From Candidatus Poribacteria bacterium (GTDB taxonomy: Bacteria > Poribacteria > WGA-4E > WGA-3G): 64,000 nucleotides of DNA. The first letter of the stretch is position 1; each line of letters starts with the position of its first letter. The notes beneath the pieces were generated by a model. It searched no databases and was not told where the DNA came from. It worked only from the letters and a program-made list of their open reading frames with translations. Below, piece after piece: positions 21,142 through 32,606 of the stretch. Made by a program: the position numbers and the translations under genes. The stretch lies in NCBI GenBank assembly GCA_963665235.2, contig CAXXLX010000001.1, positions 1,664,001-1,728,000 of the forward strand, written 5' to 3'.

Positions 21142-22676
21142 TTATTCACCAGCAGCTTGAGGCAATTTCACTGGCGGGACAATTTCATCGGTCAAAATCG
21201 GGGGTTTATCATGTTGTGTGAGATATTTTTCGAATTCCCCAGCCTTAATCACACGAATGGCTTCCTGTAATTGTGTGTCGTATTCTAAATTGACAACCTT
21301 TTCAATTCCGACGTTGAGGTTAAAGAGTTGTTCCGCACGTAGTTTGAGCCATCGTTTGCTGACAAGGATTCCATCTTTCGCAAGCATTTCGTTTAGTTCG
21401 GGTAGCTCTGCTTGTAGCAAGGTGAAGTCCTTGGGCGTTTCGCCTGTGCGCTTCATCTCGTCAACAATCCATTTTGTGACGAAGTTTTCGACAGCGTTTC
21501 GCTTTTCGGCTATACCTTGCATTGTCAATTCCAGCTCGTCTGTTTTATGCGGTGCGATAGCAATATGTGGGGTAATTCCTGTCTGTTCAATTGATGTGCC
21601 GTTTGGTGTAAAATAGGTGGAAATGGTAAGCGACATTGCGCCGACTGCCTCTAAAGGATACCGTTTCTGGACAACTCCCTTTCCGTATGTTTTGGCACCG
21701 ATGAGGATACCTCTGTTAGTGTCCTTCACGGCACCTGCGACGATTTCAGACGCGCTCGCGCTGTACTCATTGATAAGGACAACGAGGGGCATCTGTGGGT
21801 CACACAAGGTTTCAGAGGTCGCCTTGTAATCCTCATTGAATCTCGGTTCACGGCCACGGGTTGAAACGATAGTGCCTTCAGAAATAAATGCATCAGCAAC
21901 GTAGAAAGCAGCGCTCAGAATACCTCCCTGGTTATTCCGCAAATCTAAAATAAGAGCTTTCATGCCAGCCGCCCTATGTTTGAGCAGTGCATCGGTAAAA
22001 TCTTTTGAGGTCCCCTCGTTCCGATTTGTCCCCCAAACTCGCGAAGCCGGATATAACCGATTTGGTCTGCCAACATCGTCGATATAACACTCTCAGATTT
22101 GATTGTAGCACGTTTTAGTGTCACTTCAAACGGGTCTCGAAATTCGCGTTGGACCGTAATTGTTACATCTGTCCCCTTTTTTCCCCGGAGGAGGTCTACC
22201 ACATCGTTAATCGTCAGCCCTGTTCTTTCGTTGAGATGAATTTTTTTCCCATTAACTTCGGTGATATAGTCGCCTGCTTGAAGTCCTGCGGCTTGTGCTG
22301 GGGTATTCGGCATCGGTTTAGAAATTTTAATGAATCCCTGATGGTCCTCGTAAATTTTAACACCGAGCCCCCCAAATTCTGCGTCGTAGAGGTTTTCAAC
22401 GGCCCGTCTCTGCTCCCGCGGGGGAACATAATACGTATACGGATCGCCCAGGGAGGCAAGGGCCCCTTTAATAGCCCCTCGGTACATCTCATCGCTATCT
22501 ACGGGTTTATAGTAATGTCTTTCAGCAGTGTAGATAGCTCTTGCTAATGCCTCGTTCAACATTGCGCGGGTTATCCGTTCTTCGTCGCTAATAGCGGTGT
22601 CGTCAACCTGTATCAGTAAAAACGGTACGACGATAGCAATGGCCAAAACGATGACCGATAAAACATATCTTTTCAT
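21142..22676 (-). pseudogene. S41 C-terminal processing peptidase (CtpA-like), split by a frameshift at ~22025
   Basis: N-part 'DPYT', 'FGGLGV', PDZ, 'IGYIRL'; C-part 'LILDLRNNQGG', 'SASASEI', 'TYGKG'; frames offset by 1 nt (real lesion or assembly error). Confidence 0.8.
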
Positions 22677-23073
22677 TAGTGAAGTCCTTTCTGATATTCA
22701 GCGATTGTTCGTGCTTCTGATTTTAATGTTAAGTCTGTCAATTTTCTTTTACTTTTTTAATATGATACCATGATTGTGATATTCTTGCAAGCAGAATTTT
22801 AGAATCGGGATGCGTAAAGTTTTTGTAACGTGAGCTTGATAATAAATAGCCGTTTGCTCTAACCCTTTTTTCATCGCGAAAAAAGCGGAATAATTGTAGC
22901 ATAAACTTTTAGTTTGTTCAGTTTTTTGTAGCATAAACTTTTAGTTTGTGCGGTTTTTTGTAGCACAAACTTCCTAGTTTGTGCGGTTTTTTGTAGCATA
23001 AACTTCCTAGTTTGTGCGGTTTTTTGTAGCATAAACTTCCTAGTTTGTGCGGTTTTTTGTAGCATAAACTTTA

Positions 23074-24312
23074 TGAAGATTAAGAAATTAATTCGGTAAT
23101 TTCTGTTTTTATGTTATCCTATTGTCCCAGGAGGTATTGTCTTATGTCAAAACGCCATGAACTTGAACTCAGTAAAGATGAACGCCAAAGACTGATTGAA
23201 CTCCGCGATACAGGGGAACCCGCTTATCTTCGGGAACGTGCGGCTGCCCTGCTAAAGATAGCCGCGGGAACTTCTCCACACAAAGTCGCCCTCAAAGGGC
23301 TGCTAAAGAAGCGAGATCCGGACACTGTTTATGCCTGGCTTCGCCGATACCAAGAAGAGGGCATTCAAGGATTGTTTCATAGACCGGGCCGTGGCCGCAA
23401 ACCCGCGTTCGCCCCCAAATCCCCCGAAGAAGCAGAAACCGAGGCGTTGACGGCTATAGGACAAGACCCGGGACAAGTCAAGGCACATCAAACGCGCTGG
23501 ACGCTTCGCACGGTTGGCGAGGTTGTGCCGTGGCTTGCTAATATCTCTGTGCCGGGTATCCATCAAATCTTCTCACGCCTGGGCATCAGCTATAAGCGTG
23601 CTAGACTGTATTTGCAGAGTCCGGATACAGACTATGCCAAGAAAATCGAACGGATACAGCAAGTTTTAGAAGAGACCCATCAAAACCCACAGAACACGGC
23701 TGTGCTTTATCAAGATGAGTTCTCATTTTACCGAAACCCCACTATAGCAAAAGACTGGGCACAGACAGGGACAAAAACGCCATTAGCCCATCAGAGTTAT
23801 CAATCGGATAAAACTATTTATGGTATCGGTGCTATGAACCCCCATACAGGAGACGTTGTTTATCAGCAAGTGCCAAGCTGCACAGTTGTAGCCCTCCATA
23901 CATTTTATACCGAGATTTGCCAACGCTATCCCGACAAGCAACGGATTTATCTTATCCAAGATAATCGGGCGATACATTTTCACGCCAATTTGATGGAGGC
24001 ACTGCTGCCGCAATCGGTCTCCTTTGTGAAACCGACCCCGCCGAATTGGACCGGAAAACTTTCCGAGAAAATCGGTGAACTGACAAAACTCCCGATTGAA
24101 ATAGTGCAGCTGCCGACTTATGCGCCGTGGACAAATCCGATTGAGAAGTTATGGCGATGGGTGCGGCAATCGGTTCTGCATATCCATCGCCTCTGCGATG
24201 AGTGGGAGACCCTCAAAGACAAGGTGCTTGACTTTATGACACAGTTTAGAGGCGGCTCACAAGCATTGCTACGCTATGTCGGATTATTACCGAATTAATA
24301 AATTAATCTTCA
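23074..24312 (+). mobile_element. IS630-family insertion sequence
   Basis: Imperfect TIRs TGAAGATTAA..TTAATTCGGTAAT; TTTA on both flanks. Confidence 0.88.
23144..24298 (+). CDS. IS630 family transposase
   Basis: HTH 'TVYAWLRRYQEEG..GRGRKP'; DDE motifs 'YQDE', 'QDNRAIH', 'LPTYAPWTNPIEKLW'; AGGAGG before ATG 23144. Confidence 0.92.
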   Translation: MSKRHELELSKDERQRLIELRDTGEPAYLRERAAALLKIAAGTSPHKVALKGLLKKRDPDTVYAWLRRYQEEGIQGLFHRPGRGRKPAFAPKSPEEAETEALTAIGQDPGQVKAHQTRWTLRTVGEVVPWLANISVPGIHQIFSRLGISYKRARLYLQSPDTDYAKKIERIQQVLEETHQNPQNTAVLYQDEFSFYRNPTIAKDWAQTGTKTPLAHQSYQSDKTIYGIGAMNPHTGDVVYQQVPSCTVVALHTFYTEICQRYPDKQRIYLIQDNRAIHFHANLMEALLPQSVSFVKPTPPNWTGKLSEKIGELTKLPIEIVQLPTYAPWTNPIEKLWRWVRQSVLHIHRLCDEWETLKDKVLDFMTQFRGGSQALLRYVGLLPN

Positions 24313-24525
24313 TTTAGTTTGTGCGGTTTTTTGTAGCATAAACTTTTAGTTTGTGCGGTTTTTTGTAGCATAAACTTCCTAGTTTGTGCGGTTTTTTGTA
24401 GCATAAACTTCCTAGTTTGTGCGGTTTTTTGTAGCATAAATTTTTAGTTTGTGTCTTCTGTTTTTTGCTAAAACTACCACAAAACGCTCTAGGTCAAAAC
24501 TTTTTTCAAACTCGCGTTTTTGTAC

Positions 24526-24732
24526 CAGGACTTACGCAAATTTAGCAGGAACATTAGTATTCGGGCAAACGGTTTCCCGCTCCTCTGAGCGGGGTCCCCC
24601 CGCCCGCTAGGTCCGCCTCTAAATCGGATAAACTTGTGTGCTCCGTGCCGTTCCGTTATTGTCCCCCGCCCGTTAGGTCCGCCTCTAAATCCCCCTATCA
24701 TAAGGATTTATCAACGCGCTGCGTAAGTCCTA
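24526..24732. mobile_element. MITE family C, copy 3
   Basis: TTTGTAC|CAGGACTTACGCA...TGCGTAAGTCCTA|TTTGTAC. Confidence 0.85.
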
Positions 24733-24746
24733 TTTGTACTGGGTTC

Positions 24747-24776
24747 ACGTAAATCGAACCAGTTTGAAATAGAAAC
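24747..24776 (+). repeat. Solitary degenerate CRISPR repeat upstream of the leader
   Basis: ACGTAAATCGAACCAGTTTGAAATAGAAAC, 25/30 identical to the array repeat. Confidence 0.8.
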
Positions 24777-25050
24777 CCACGAACCTGTTATAGACAACGT
24801 TTGCGCGGAGAGCTGCTGATAAATGCTGCTGTCGACCTCGCTGCGATAAGCAGTTTCCGTGCTTGTCTCACCCCATGAATTCCGTAAAAAAACGGGATAA
24901 TCCCTTGTCACACAAGGATCCGTCAACCTCCTAGGAAATTTGCGTTACCGGCGGTCGACAAAAATTTGCCCTCTAAACGAAAAAAAATAAAAATAAATTT
25001 GACAAACAGTATAAGGATGTAGTATAATATTAATGCTGATTAAGCGAAGC
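24777..25050 (+). promoter_or_regulatory. CRISPR leader with putative sigma70 promoter
   Basis: GTCAACC...GGTCGAC inverted motif, A-tract, TTGACA 24999-25004, TATATAAT 25023-25030. Confidence 0.7.
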
Positions 25051-28000
25051 CTTTTAATCGAACCAGTTTGGAATAGAAATTTCATTATTTAACAGAATCG
25101 CACGACTTGTATCATCCTTTTAATCGAACCAGTTTGGAATAGAAATCTTCTGAATTAACTTTGAAATGAGAGAAGAAATTAATACTTTTAATCGAACCAG
25201 TTTGGAATAGAAATGTGTGAAACCTGTTTTGGTGGCAACCGTGTCAGCATTCTTTTAATCGAACCAGTTTGGAATAGAAATTTTGTGGTGATACCGAGAT
25301 AACCCAGTCCAGACACTTCTTTTAATCGAACCAGTTTGGAATAGAAATTTAAAACCAACTCGCCCGCGCCGCTTTCGTCAAATTGACTTTTAATCGAACC
25401 AGTTTGGAATAGAAATTCGCGTAGTTTTGCAACCACGCTATCCCCCACTTCCTTTTAATCGAACCAGTTTGGAATAGAAATTTTGACACACCGACAAGCA
25501 CTCCAAACCCTCATTCGCCTTTTAATCGAACCAGTTTGGAATAGAAACAACACTGATGGCGATGTCTTTGCAAGAGTTTTTACAACTTTTAATCGAACCA
25601 GTTTGGAATAGAAACTACGTAATATCTAATCTTGAATCCATGTGGCACGTTCAACTTTTAATCGAACCAGTTTGGAATAGAAACAATCTCTGGATAGCGG
25701 GGCAGGTGGTAGTTCCCTGACTTTTAATCGAACCAGTTTGGAATAGAAACGGTCTATTTTAGTAAGATTGGAAAGGAAGGGGAACAACCTTTTAATCGAA
25801 CCAGTTTGGAATAGAAACTTCTGGACTACTGCCCAATGGGAGAACACGGACACGCTTTTAATCGAACCAGTTTGGAATAGAAACTGGCCGGTATCGTTTC
25901 CGCAGGGGCCAGTATGGCAACTTTTAATCGAACCAGTTTGGAATAGAAACCTTTTATGTTTCCTGTGCCAGACCGCTCTGTGATTGCTTTTAATCGAACC
26001 AGTTTGGAATAGAAACTTGGACGGTATTTTAGGGGGATCTGCTTCGGTGGCCCTTTTAATCGAACCAGTTTGGAATAGAAACGCGGAAAACGTGGGGGGC
26101 ATCGGCGTAAATCATGTAGTCTTTTAATCGAACCAGTTTGGAATAGAAACAGGCGGCCCGGCATCGGTGCTGGGACCGCCCACAAACTTTTAATCGAACC
26201 AGTTTGGAATAGAAACGCTGCTGAATCTCTCCAACCGCCTTATCCTCCCACCTTTTAATCGAACCAGTTTGGAATAGAAACTGATTTCAGTATTGATAGG
26301 AATTCGTAAAGGCATTTTACTTTTAATCGAACCAGTTTGGAATAGAAACACAGCGGTTCAATATAACGTCGTTGTTGGGAATGACTTTTAATCGAACCAG
26401 TTTGGAATAGAAACGCTTCGGACAAAGTCAATAAAGCCCCGCTATCCGTTCTTTTAATCGAACCAGTTTGGAATAGAAACGATACGTTGTCTCTTGTTGG
26501 CGGTGGAACTATTAGCAACTTTTAATCGAACCAGTTTGGAATAGAAACATAAAATCTTTGTTCTTACCGGTAAAGACACACCTCTTTTAATCGAACCAGT
26601 TTGGAATAGAAACAGCGGAGTACTGCCTCCGCCTCTGGTCGAATATCGACCTTTTAATCGAACCAGTTTGGAATAGAAACAAGTTTTTTTAAACCTTTTT
26701 CTGTTATTAGCGTCTAACTTTTAATCGAACCAGTTTGGAATAGAAACGTTTCGATAGTCTTCAAGTGCTTCTTCATCGCATTTCTCTTTTAATCGAACCA
26801 GTTTGGAATAGAAACGCTCCATTTCCATGAGCTCACACAAGTCTATCATGCCGCTTTTAATCGAACCAGTTTGGAATAGAAACTATAAGGAGAAACGACA
26901 TGAAAGATTATCAAGTTCTCTCTTTTAATCGAACCAGTTTGGAATAGAAACTCTGTAAAAGTACCTACCAACGTTGCAGGATCCGCACTTTTAATCGAAC
27001 CAGTTTGGAATAGAAACGGATGTTCCATCGGTGCCATATTTGACGATGCGGGCACTTTTAATCGAACCAGTTTGGAATAGAAACGTTACCTCCGAGTTCG
27101 GACTTTTGACTGTCCATTTAGCTTTTAATCGAACCAGTTTGGAATAGAAACCTTGAATCTCCGACACAATAGAGGCGTGTGGAGAAGACTTTTAATCGAA
27201 CCAGTTTGGAATAGAAACGAAGGAATCCCGGTTGGTTCGATTTGGAGAGAATTGACTTTTAATCGAACCAGTTTGGAATAGAAACCGCTCATAGGAAAGT
27301 CGCATTACGTGCTGTCGTTTACTTTTAATCGAACCAGTTTGGAATAGAAACGTAAAAGGATGCTAGCATGGCAGAAAAGTCATTAGCTGCTTTTAATCGA
27401 ACCAGTTTGGAATAGAAACTTTCGAAAACATGTCCGGCTGTCACGACAAAATTTTGCTTTTAATCGAACCAGTTTGGAATAGAAACGCCGAAAACGATTG
27501 TCGCTGCACCCGTCGTTATTTCTTCCTTTTAATCGAACCAGTTTGGAATAGAAACCTTGTGTTTCGTTGTCGTTTTTAGACTTGAGCTCGTCCTTTTAAT
27601 CGAACCAGTTTGGAATAGAAACATGAGATTGTTGCACAATCTCAAACGGTCGAGGAGCTCGCTTTTAATCGAACCAGTTTGGAATAGAAACTCGGTTCCA
27701 ACAGTGGCTTTGATACCCGCCTTTATCTCCTTTTAATCGAACCAGTTTGGAATAGAAACGGTACTGATAATCTTCAAGTGCTTCTTCATCGCACTTCCTT
27801 TTAATCGAACCAGTTTGGAATAGAAACAGTATATTTCCATTAGCATCGATGAGAGTATATCTCCTTTTAATCGAACCAGTTTGGAATAGAAACGATTTTG
27901 AGATACGGGTGTGTGTCAATTCGCATCTCACTTTTAATCGAACCAGTTTGGAATAGAAACTCAGACATAACCGAATACGATTGGCAATTCAATAGTCCTT

Positions 28001-31000
28001 TTAATCGAACCAGTTTGGAATAGAAACGTTTACGCCGCTGTTTCTGTATCCGTTTTTTGAGTTCTTTTAATCGAACCAGTTTGGAATAGAAACTGCGCGG
28101 TCTTTTGTGCTAACTCTCACCTCACAGGCTTTTAATCGAACCAGTTTGGAATAGAAACCGAAACTATCGAAGTATTGACAACTTTGATCGAGGTCACTTT
28201 TAATCGAACCAGTTTGGAATAGAAACTCGATTTTTGGATCGACAAATTCAGCGATCGTTCTCATCTTTTAATCGAACCAGTTTGGAATAGAAACGAAACC
28301 GCAGCAATTCTAACAGAGCTCTGCGGCATACTTTTAATCGAACCAGTTTGGAATAGAAACAGTATCTCAACGAACAAGGACGAAAAAGCTTCATCGCTTT
28401 TAATCGAACCAGTTTGGAATAGAAACTCGAGTTGTGCGGAGAGTTGTGGGAAGATGGTGCCAGTCTTTTAATCGAACCAGTTTGGAATAGAAACTTGCAA
28501 GCGAAGACTTTATTATCTAGTAGCCCCCCGCTTTTAATCGAACCAGTTTGGAATAGAAACTTGGCCGTCACGGTGGCGAGCTCTGGAGTGTTACGAGTGC
28601 TTTTAATCGAACCAGTTTGGAATAGAAACTGAAACTCTACATTGGGGGCCTTGTAAGCAAAGCCGAACTTTTAATCGAACCAGTTTGGAATAGAAACTCA
28701 ACAAGGCGACTCTGCTAACGTTGATTGAGAACTTTTAATCGAACCAGTTTGGAATAGAAACATGATAACAACGATGGACATCGCAGGCGACGATGAATCT
28801 TTTAATCGAACCAGTTTGGAATAGAAACGTTGGCGATCCTAATGCTACGACTATCTCTGAAGGTGCCTTTTAATCGAACCAGTTTGGAATAGAAACTCTT
28901 TAAAGATGCATGTATATCGCTTTCCGTTTTTGACTTTTAATCGAACCAGTTTGGAATAGAAACGTTAAACGACACGATTATGCTGTTTTCTGTATCAACT
29001 TTTAATCGAACCAGTTTGGAATAGAAACCTATCAAGTTGCCAAGAAACTTTTCAAGAAGCGGTTTCCTTTTAATCGAACCAGTTTGGAATAGAAACGTTG
29101 TGCCTGGGTCATGCTGTCCTCCGCATTGCTAATTCCTTTTAATCGAACCAGTTTGGAATAGAAACATGTCACCGCCAGAAGTGTTGAGACCTGAACTTTT
29201 TTCAACTTTTAATCGAACCAGTTTGGAATAGAAACCCGCGTCCGCGCTGGTCTTCATACAGCGCGGTCTCTATCTTTTAATCGAACCAGTTTGGAATAGA
29301 AACGAGATTTTGGATGGTGCTGCAACGAAAGAGGCAGCAGACTTTTAATCGAACCAGTTTGGAATAGAAACTGCATAGAAGGCTTAAGCGACGAGAACGC
29401 TTATAAGGCTTTTAATCGAACCAGTTTGGAATAGAAACGAATTTATTACACGGGGACGTATTGATGTAGAGGACTTTTAATCGAACCAGTTTGGAATAGA
29501 AACGTGTTCACTCCAGGCAGGCTTGCGTCGGTGCTAAACCTTTTAATCGAACCAGTTTGGAATAGAAACCTTCGAACCGAATAGCCGCACGTTCTAATTC
29601 CCCGACTTTTAATCGAACCAGTTTGGAATAGAAACTTTTTAACAGCGTCGACAAGATGTTCCAGCATGAAGCCTTTTAATCGAACCAGTTTGGAATAGAA
29701 ACTAAAAAACGCTTGATTTTGGCACGGAAGTATGCGCGACCTTTTAATCGAACCAGTTTGGAATAGAAACTTACTCGTGCGGCTCAGGCCACAAATCATT
29801 TTTCGCCCTTTTAATCGAACCAGTTTGGAATAGAAACAATGCTACCGCCCGACTGCGTGGAAATGAACAAAGCAGCTTTTAATCGAACCAGTTTGGAATA
29901 GAAACATCATGTCAGAGACTTCCTTAACATCTAACAACCCCCTTTTAATCGAACCAGTTTGGAATAGAAACGGTTGCCCTCTGTATCCGTGGCCTCTAGT
30001 GCCCGCACTTTTAATCGAACCAGTTTGGAATAGAAACGGCACAAAAGGCACGCGAACGATACAACCGTCTGGCAAACTTTTAATCGAACCAGTTTGGAAT
30101 AGAAACGCTCAAACAGCACTTATCGCTCGGACAAACTCTGAACCTTTTAATCGAACCAGTTTGGAATAGAAACCGCGTCCTCGCTTGTCGTATCGGACAG
30201 CAAAGGGAGACTTTTAATCGAACCAGTTTGGAATAGAAACCGCGCAGATGCGTACGTCGAATTGATTCAAACCGAGCTTTTAATCGAACCAGTTTGGAAT
30301 AGAAACCTTTTCGTAGTAAGATGCCCACCGTTGATTTGTGGATACCTTTTAATCGAACCAGTTTGGAATAGAAACAAAAATCATACGTGGCGCGAAGACC
30401 ACCCCTTTTGCTTTTAATCGAACCAGTTTGGAATAGAAACCACAGGTAAATTTATTGAGGGTGAAGCACATCTACGACTTTTAATCGAACCAGTTTGGAA
30501 TAGAAACGATAATCGATGCTTCTCGTATACCGGAAGTCTTCTTTTAATCGAACCAGTTTGGAATAGAAACTTCTGTGTGTTACTAATGGAGCAGCTGCAA
30601 ACCGGGTAGCTTTTAATCGAACCAGTTTGGAATAGAAACTTCTAAAACCGTCCGCACGGTTTCTTCAAAGGCGATCAGCTTTTAATCGAACCAGTTTGGA
30701 ATAGAAACGAAATTCACGCCACCGCGGCCGCGCTGCTCTTCATACCTTTTAATCGAACCAGTTTGGAATAGAAACAGCAATATCCGTTTCAAGGAAATGC
30801 TCTCCATGAATCTCCTTTTAATCGAACCAGTTTGGAATAGAAACAGAGGATGGGGAAATGCACGCGTTTGATATTGGGGCTTTTAATCGAACCAGTTTGG
30901 AATAGAAACACAGACGAATTGCCCGCTTGCTGTCCACCGTCAGAAGACTTTTAATCGAACCAGTTTGGAATAGAAACGAGTTCTTCAATTCGGACGCGGA

Positions 31001-32581
31001 GTTCGCTAATTTCCTTTTAATCGAACCAGTTTGGAATAGAAACACGCGCTTGTTCAGCGAATTCAAACAAGGTCGGTGACTTTTAATCGAACCAGTTTGG
31101 AATAGAAACGTGCGTTTGATACAGAGGAGCAGGTGTTGTTGACCTTTTAATCGAACCAGTTTGGAATAGAAACTGCTAAATACCCTAACCAAGGACGACT
31201 CTCTGCAAACCTTTTAATCGAACCAGTTTGGAATAGAAACGCACCGCGGGAGCGGGAGGAGGAATAGGGATGTGGAGAAGCTTTTAATCGAACCAGTTTG
31301 GAATAGAAACTTTGACTGCCAACGGGAATTGGGGTGATATTGAAATCCTTTTAATCGAACCAGTTTGGAATAGAAACTTGCACATGAAGGACAAGGACAA
31401 CGTGTACAGCATCAGCACTTTTAATCGAACCAGTTTGGAATAGAAACAAACTCGCCTGGCAAATTCTCGTTGAACGCCAACTTTAGCTGGATGTGCAGCA
31501 GCGGTCAAAAGTGTTGAATCGCCTGGCAAATTCTCGTTGAACGCCAACCCTTTTAATCGAACCAGTTTGGAATAGAAACGCGCGGATGGCAACGCGCTGG
31601 TTGAGGCGGTCAAAACTTTTAATCGAACCAGTTTGGAATAGAAACTCTTGCTGGCCACCACGCTGAACATACTCTTCAATTACTTTTAATCGAACCAGTT
31701 TGGAATAGAAACTTCGGTGCGAGGGTGTTGTAGCGGGCAATGCTGAGTGCTTTTAATCGAACCAGTTTGGAATAGAAACAAGGCGATTGCTCCAAGAAAC
31801 CACCCGGTATCCACCTTTTAATCGAACCAGTTTGGAATAGAAACCTACTGTGACGTTCAATAGTTCGCCCTTACTGGATACGTCTTTTAATCGAACCAGT
31901 TTGGAATAGAAACTATTGTTCAGGATTAGCTAACAGTCGACGGACTTTACTTTTAATCGAACCAGTTTGGAATAGAAACCAGGCGTGGTGACGCGCATCA
32001 ACGCAATTTGAAACGCTCTTTTAATCGAACCAGTTTGGAATAGAAACTTGGAGCTACGGCGTAACCGAAACTGGCGAAATCCTTGCCTTTTAATCGAACC
32101 AGTTTGGAATAGAAACATGCGCGCGTGTGCGTGCGTGTGCGTGCGTGTGCGTGCGTCTTTTAATCGAACCAGTTTGGAATAGAAACCATATTCTTTCCGA
32201 GATGCACCTGTCTTACCAATCCATGCTTTTAATCGAACCAGTTTGGAATAGAAACGCTTTCCACTCATGACTCATGTCTCGTACACCTCTCCACCTTTTA
32301 ATCGAACCAGTTTGGAATAGAAACCAAGCAATTAGAGATACCATCAGAGGAGAGCGATAGCTTTTAATCGAACCAGTTTGGAATAGAAACGCGGTGAGAT
32401 GGTGCAGCGGTGAGATGGCGTGCATAGGCTTTTAATCGAACCAGTTTGGAATAGAAACCACTTCAATTCTCGGTCGCTTTTCGAATATAGTGTAGACTTT
32501 TAATCGAACCAGTTTGGAATAGAAACAAGCAATCAGTACAAGCAGAAAGATGCCTGTAATTACGCTTTTAATCGAACTAGT
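25051..32581 (+). CRISPR. CRISPR array, repeat CTTTTAATCGAACCAGTTTGGAATAGAAAC (30 bp), ~111 full repeats plus 1 truncated; type I-B-like
   Basis: Repeat recurs every ~67 bp with unique ~33-40 bp spacers; 3' end ATAGAAAC resembles a Cas6 handle; leader on the left, degenerate terminal repeat at 32565. Confidence 0.98.
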
Positions 32582-32606
32582 AATGACGGGTCCGTTTTTG
32601 GGGTAT

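Larger units (their letters stand above)
22828..24517. mobile_element. MITE family B, copy 2, 33-bp REP array interrupted by IS630
   Basis: TTTTGTA|ACGTGAGCTTGA...TCAAACTCGCGT|TTTTGTA; units TAGCATAAACTTCCTAGTTTGTGCGGTTTTTTG on both sides of the IS. Confidence 0.8.

Noticed and set aside
23144-24298. Transposase beside the CRISPR array as Cas1, TnpB or a CAST component
   Set aside because: Ordinary IS630 DDE motifs with its own TIRs and TSD; no RuvC or Cas1 motifs
24747-24776. Lone repeat as a tracrRNA anti-repeat
   Set aside because: The repeat looks class 1 (Cas6-type handle) and no Cas9/Cas12 is present; kept only as a solitary-repeat finding
25051-32581. Self-targeting spacers within the window
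   Set aside because: None noticed by eye; an exhaustive alignment could not be run, so nothing is claimed
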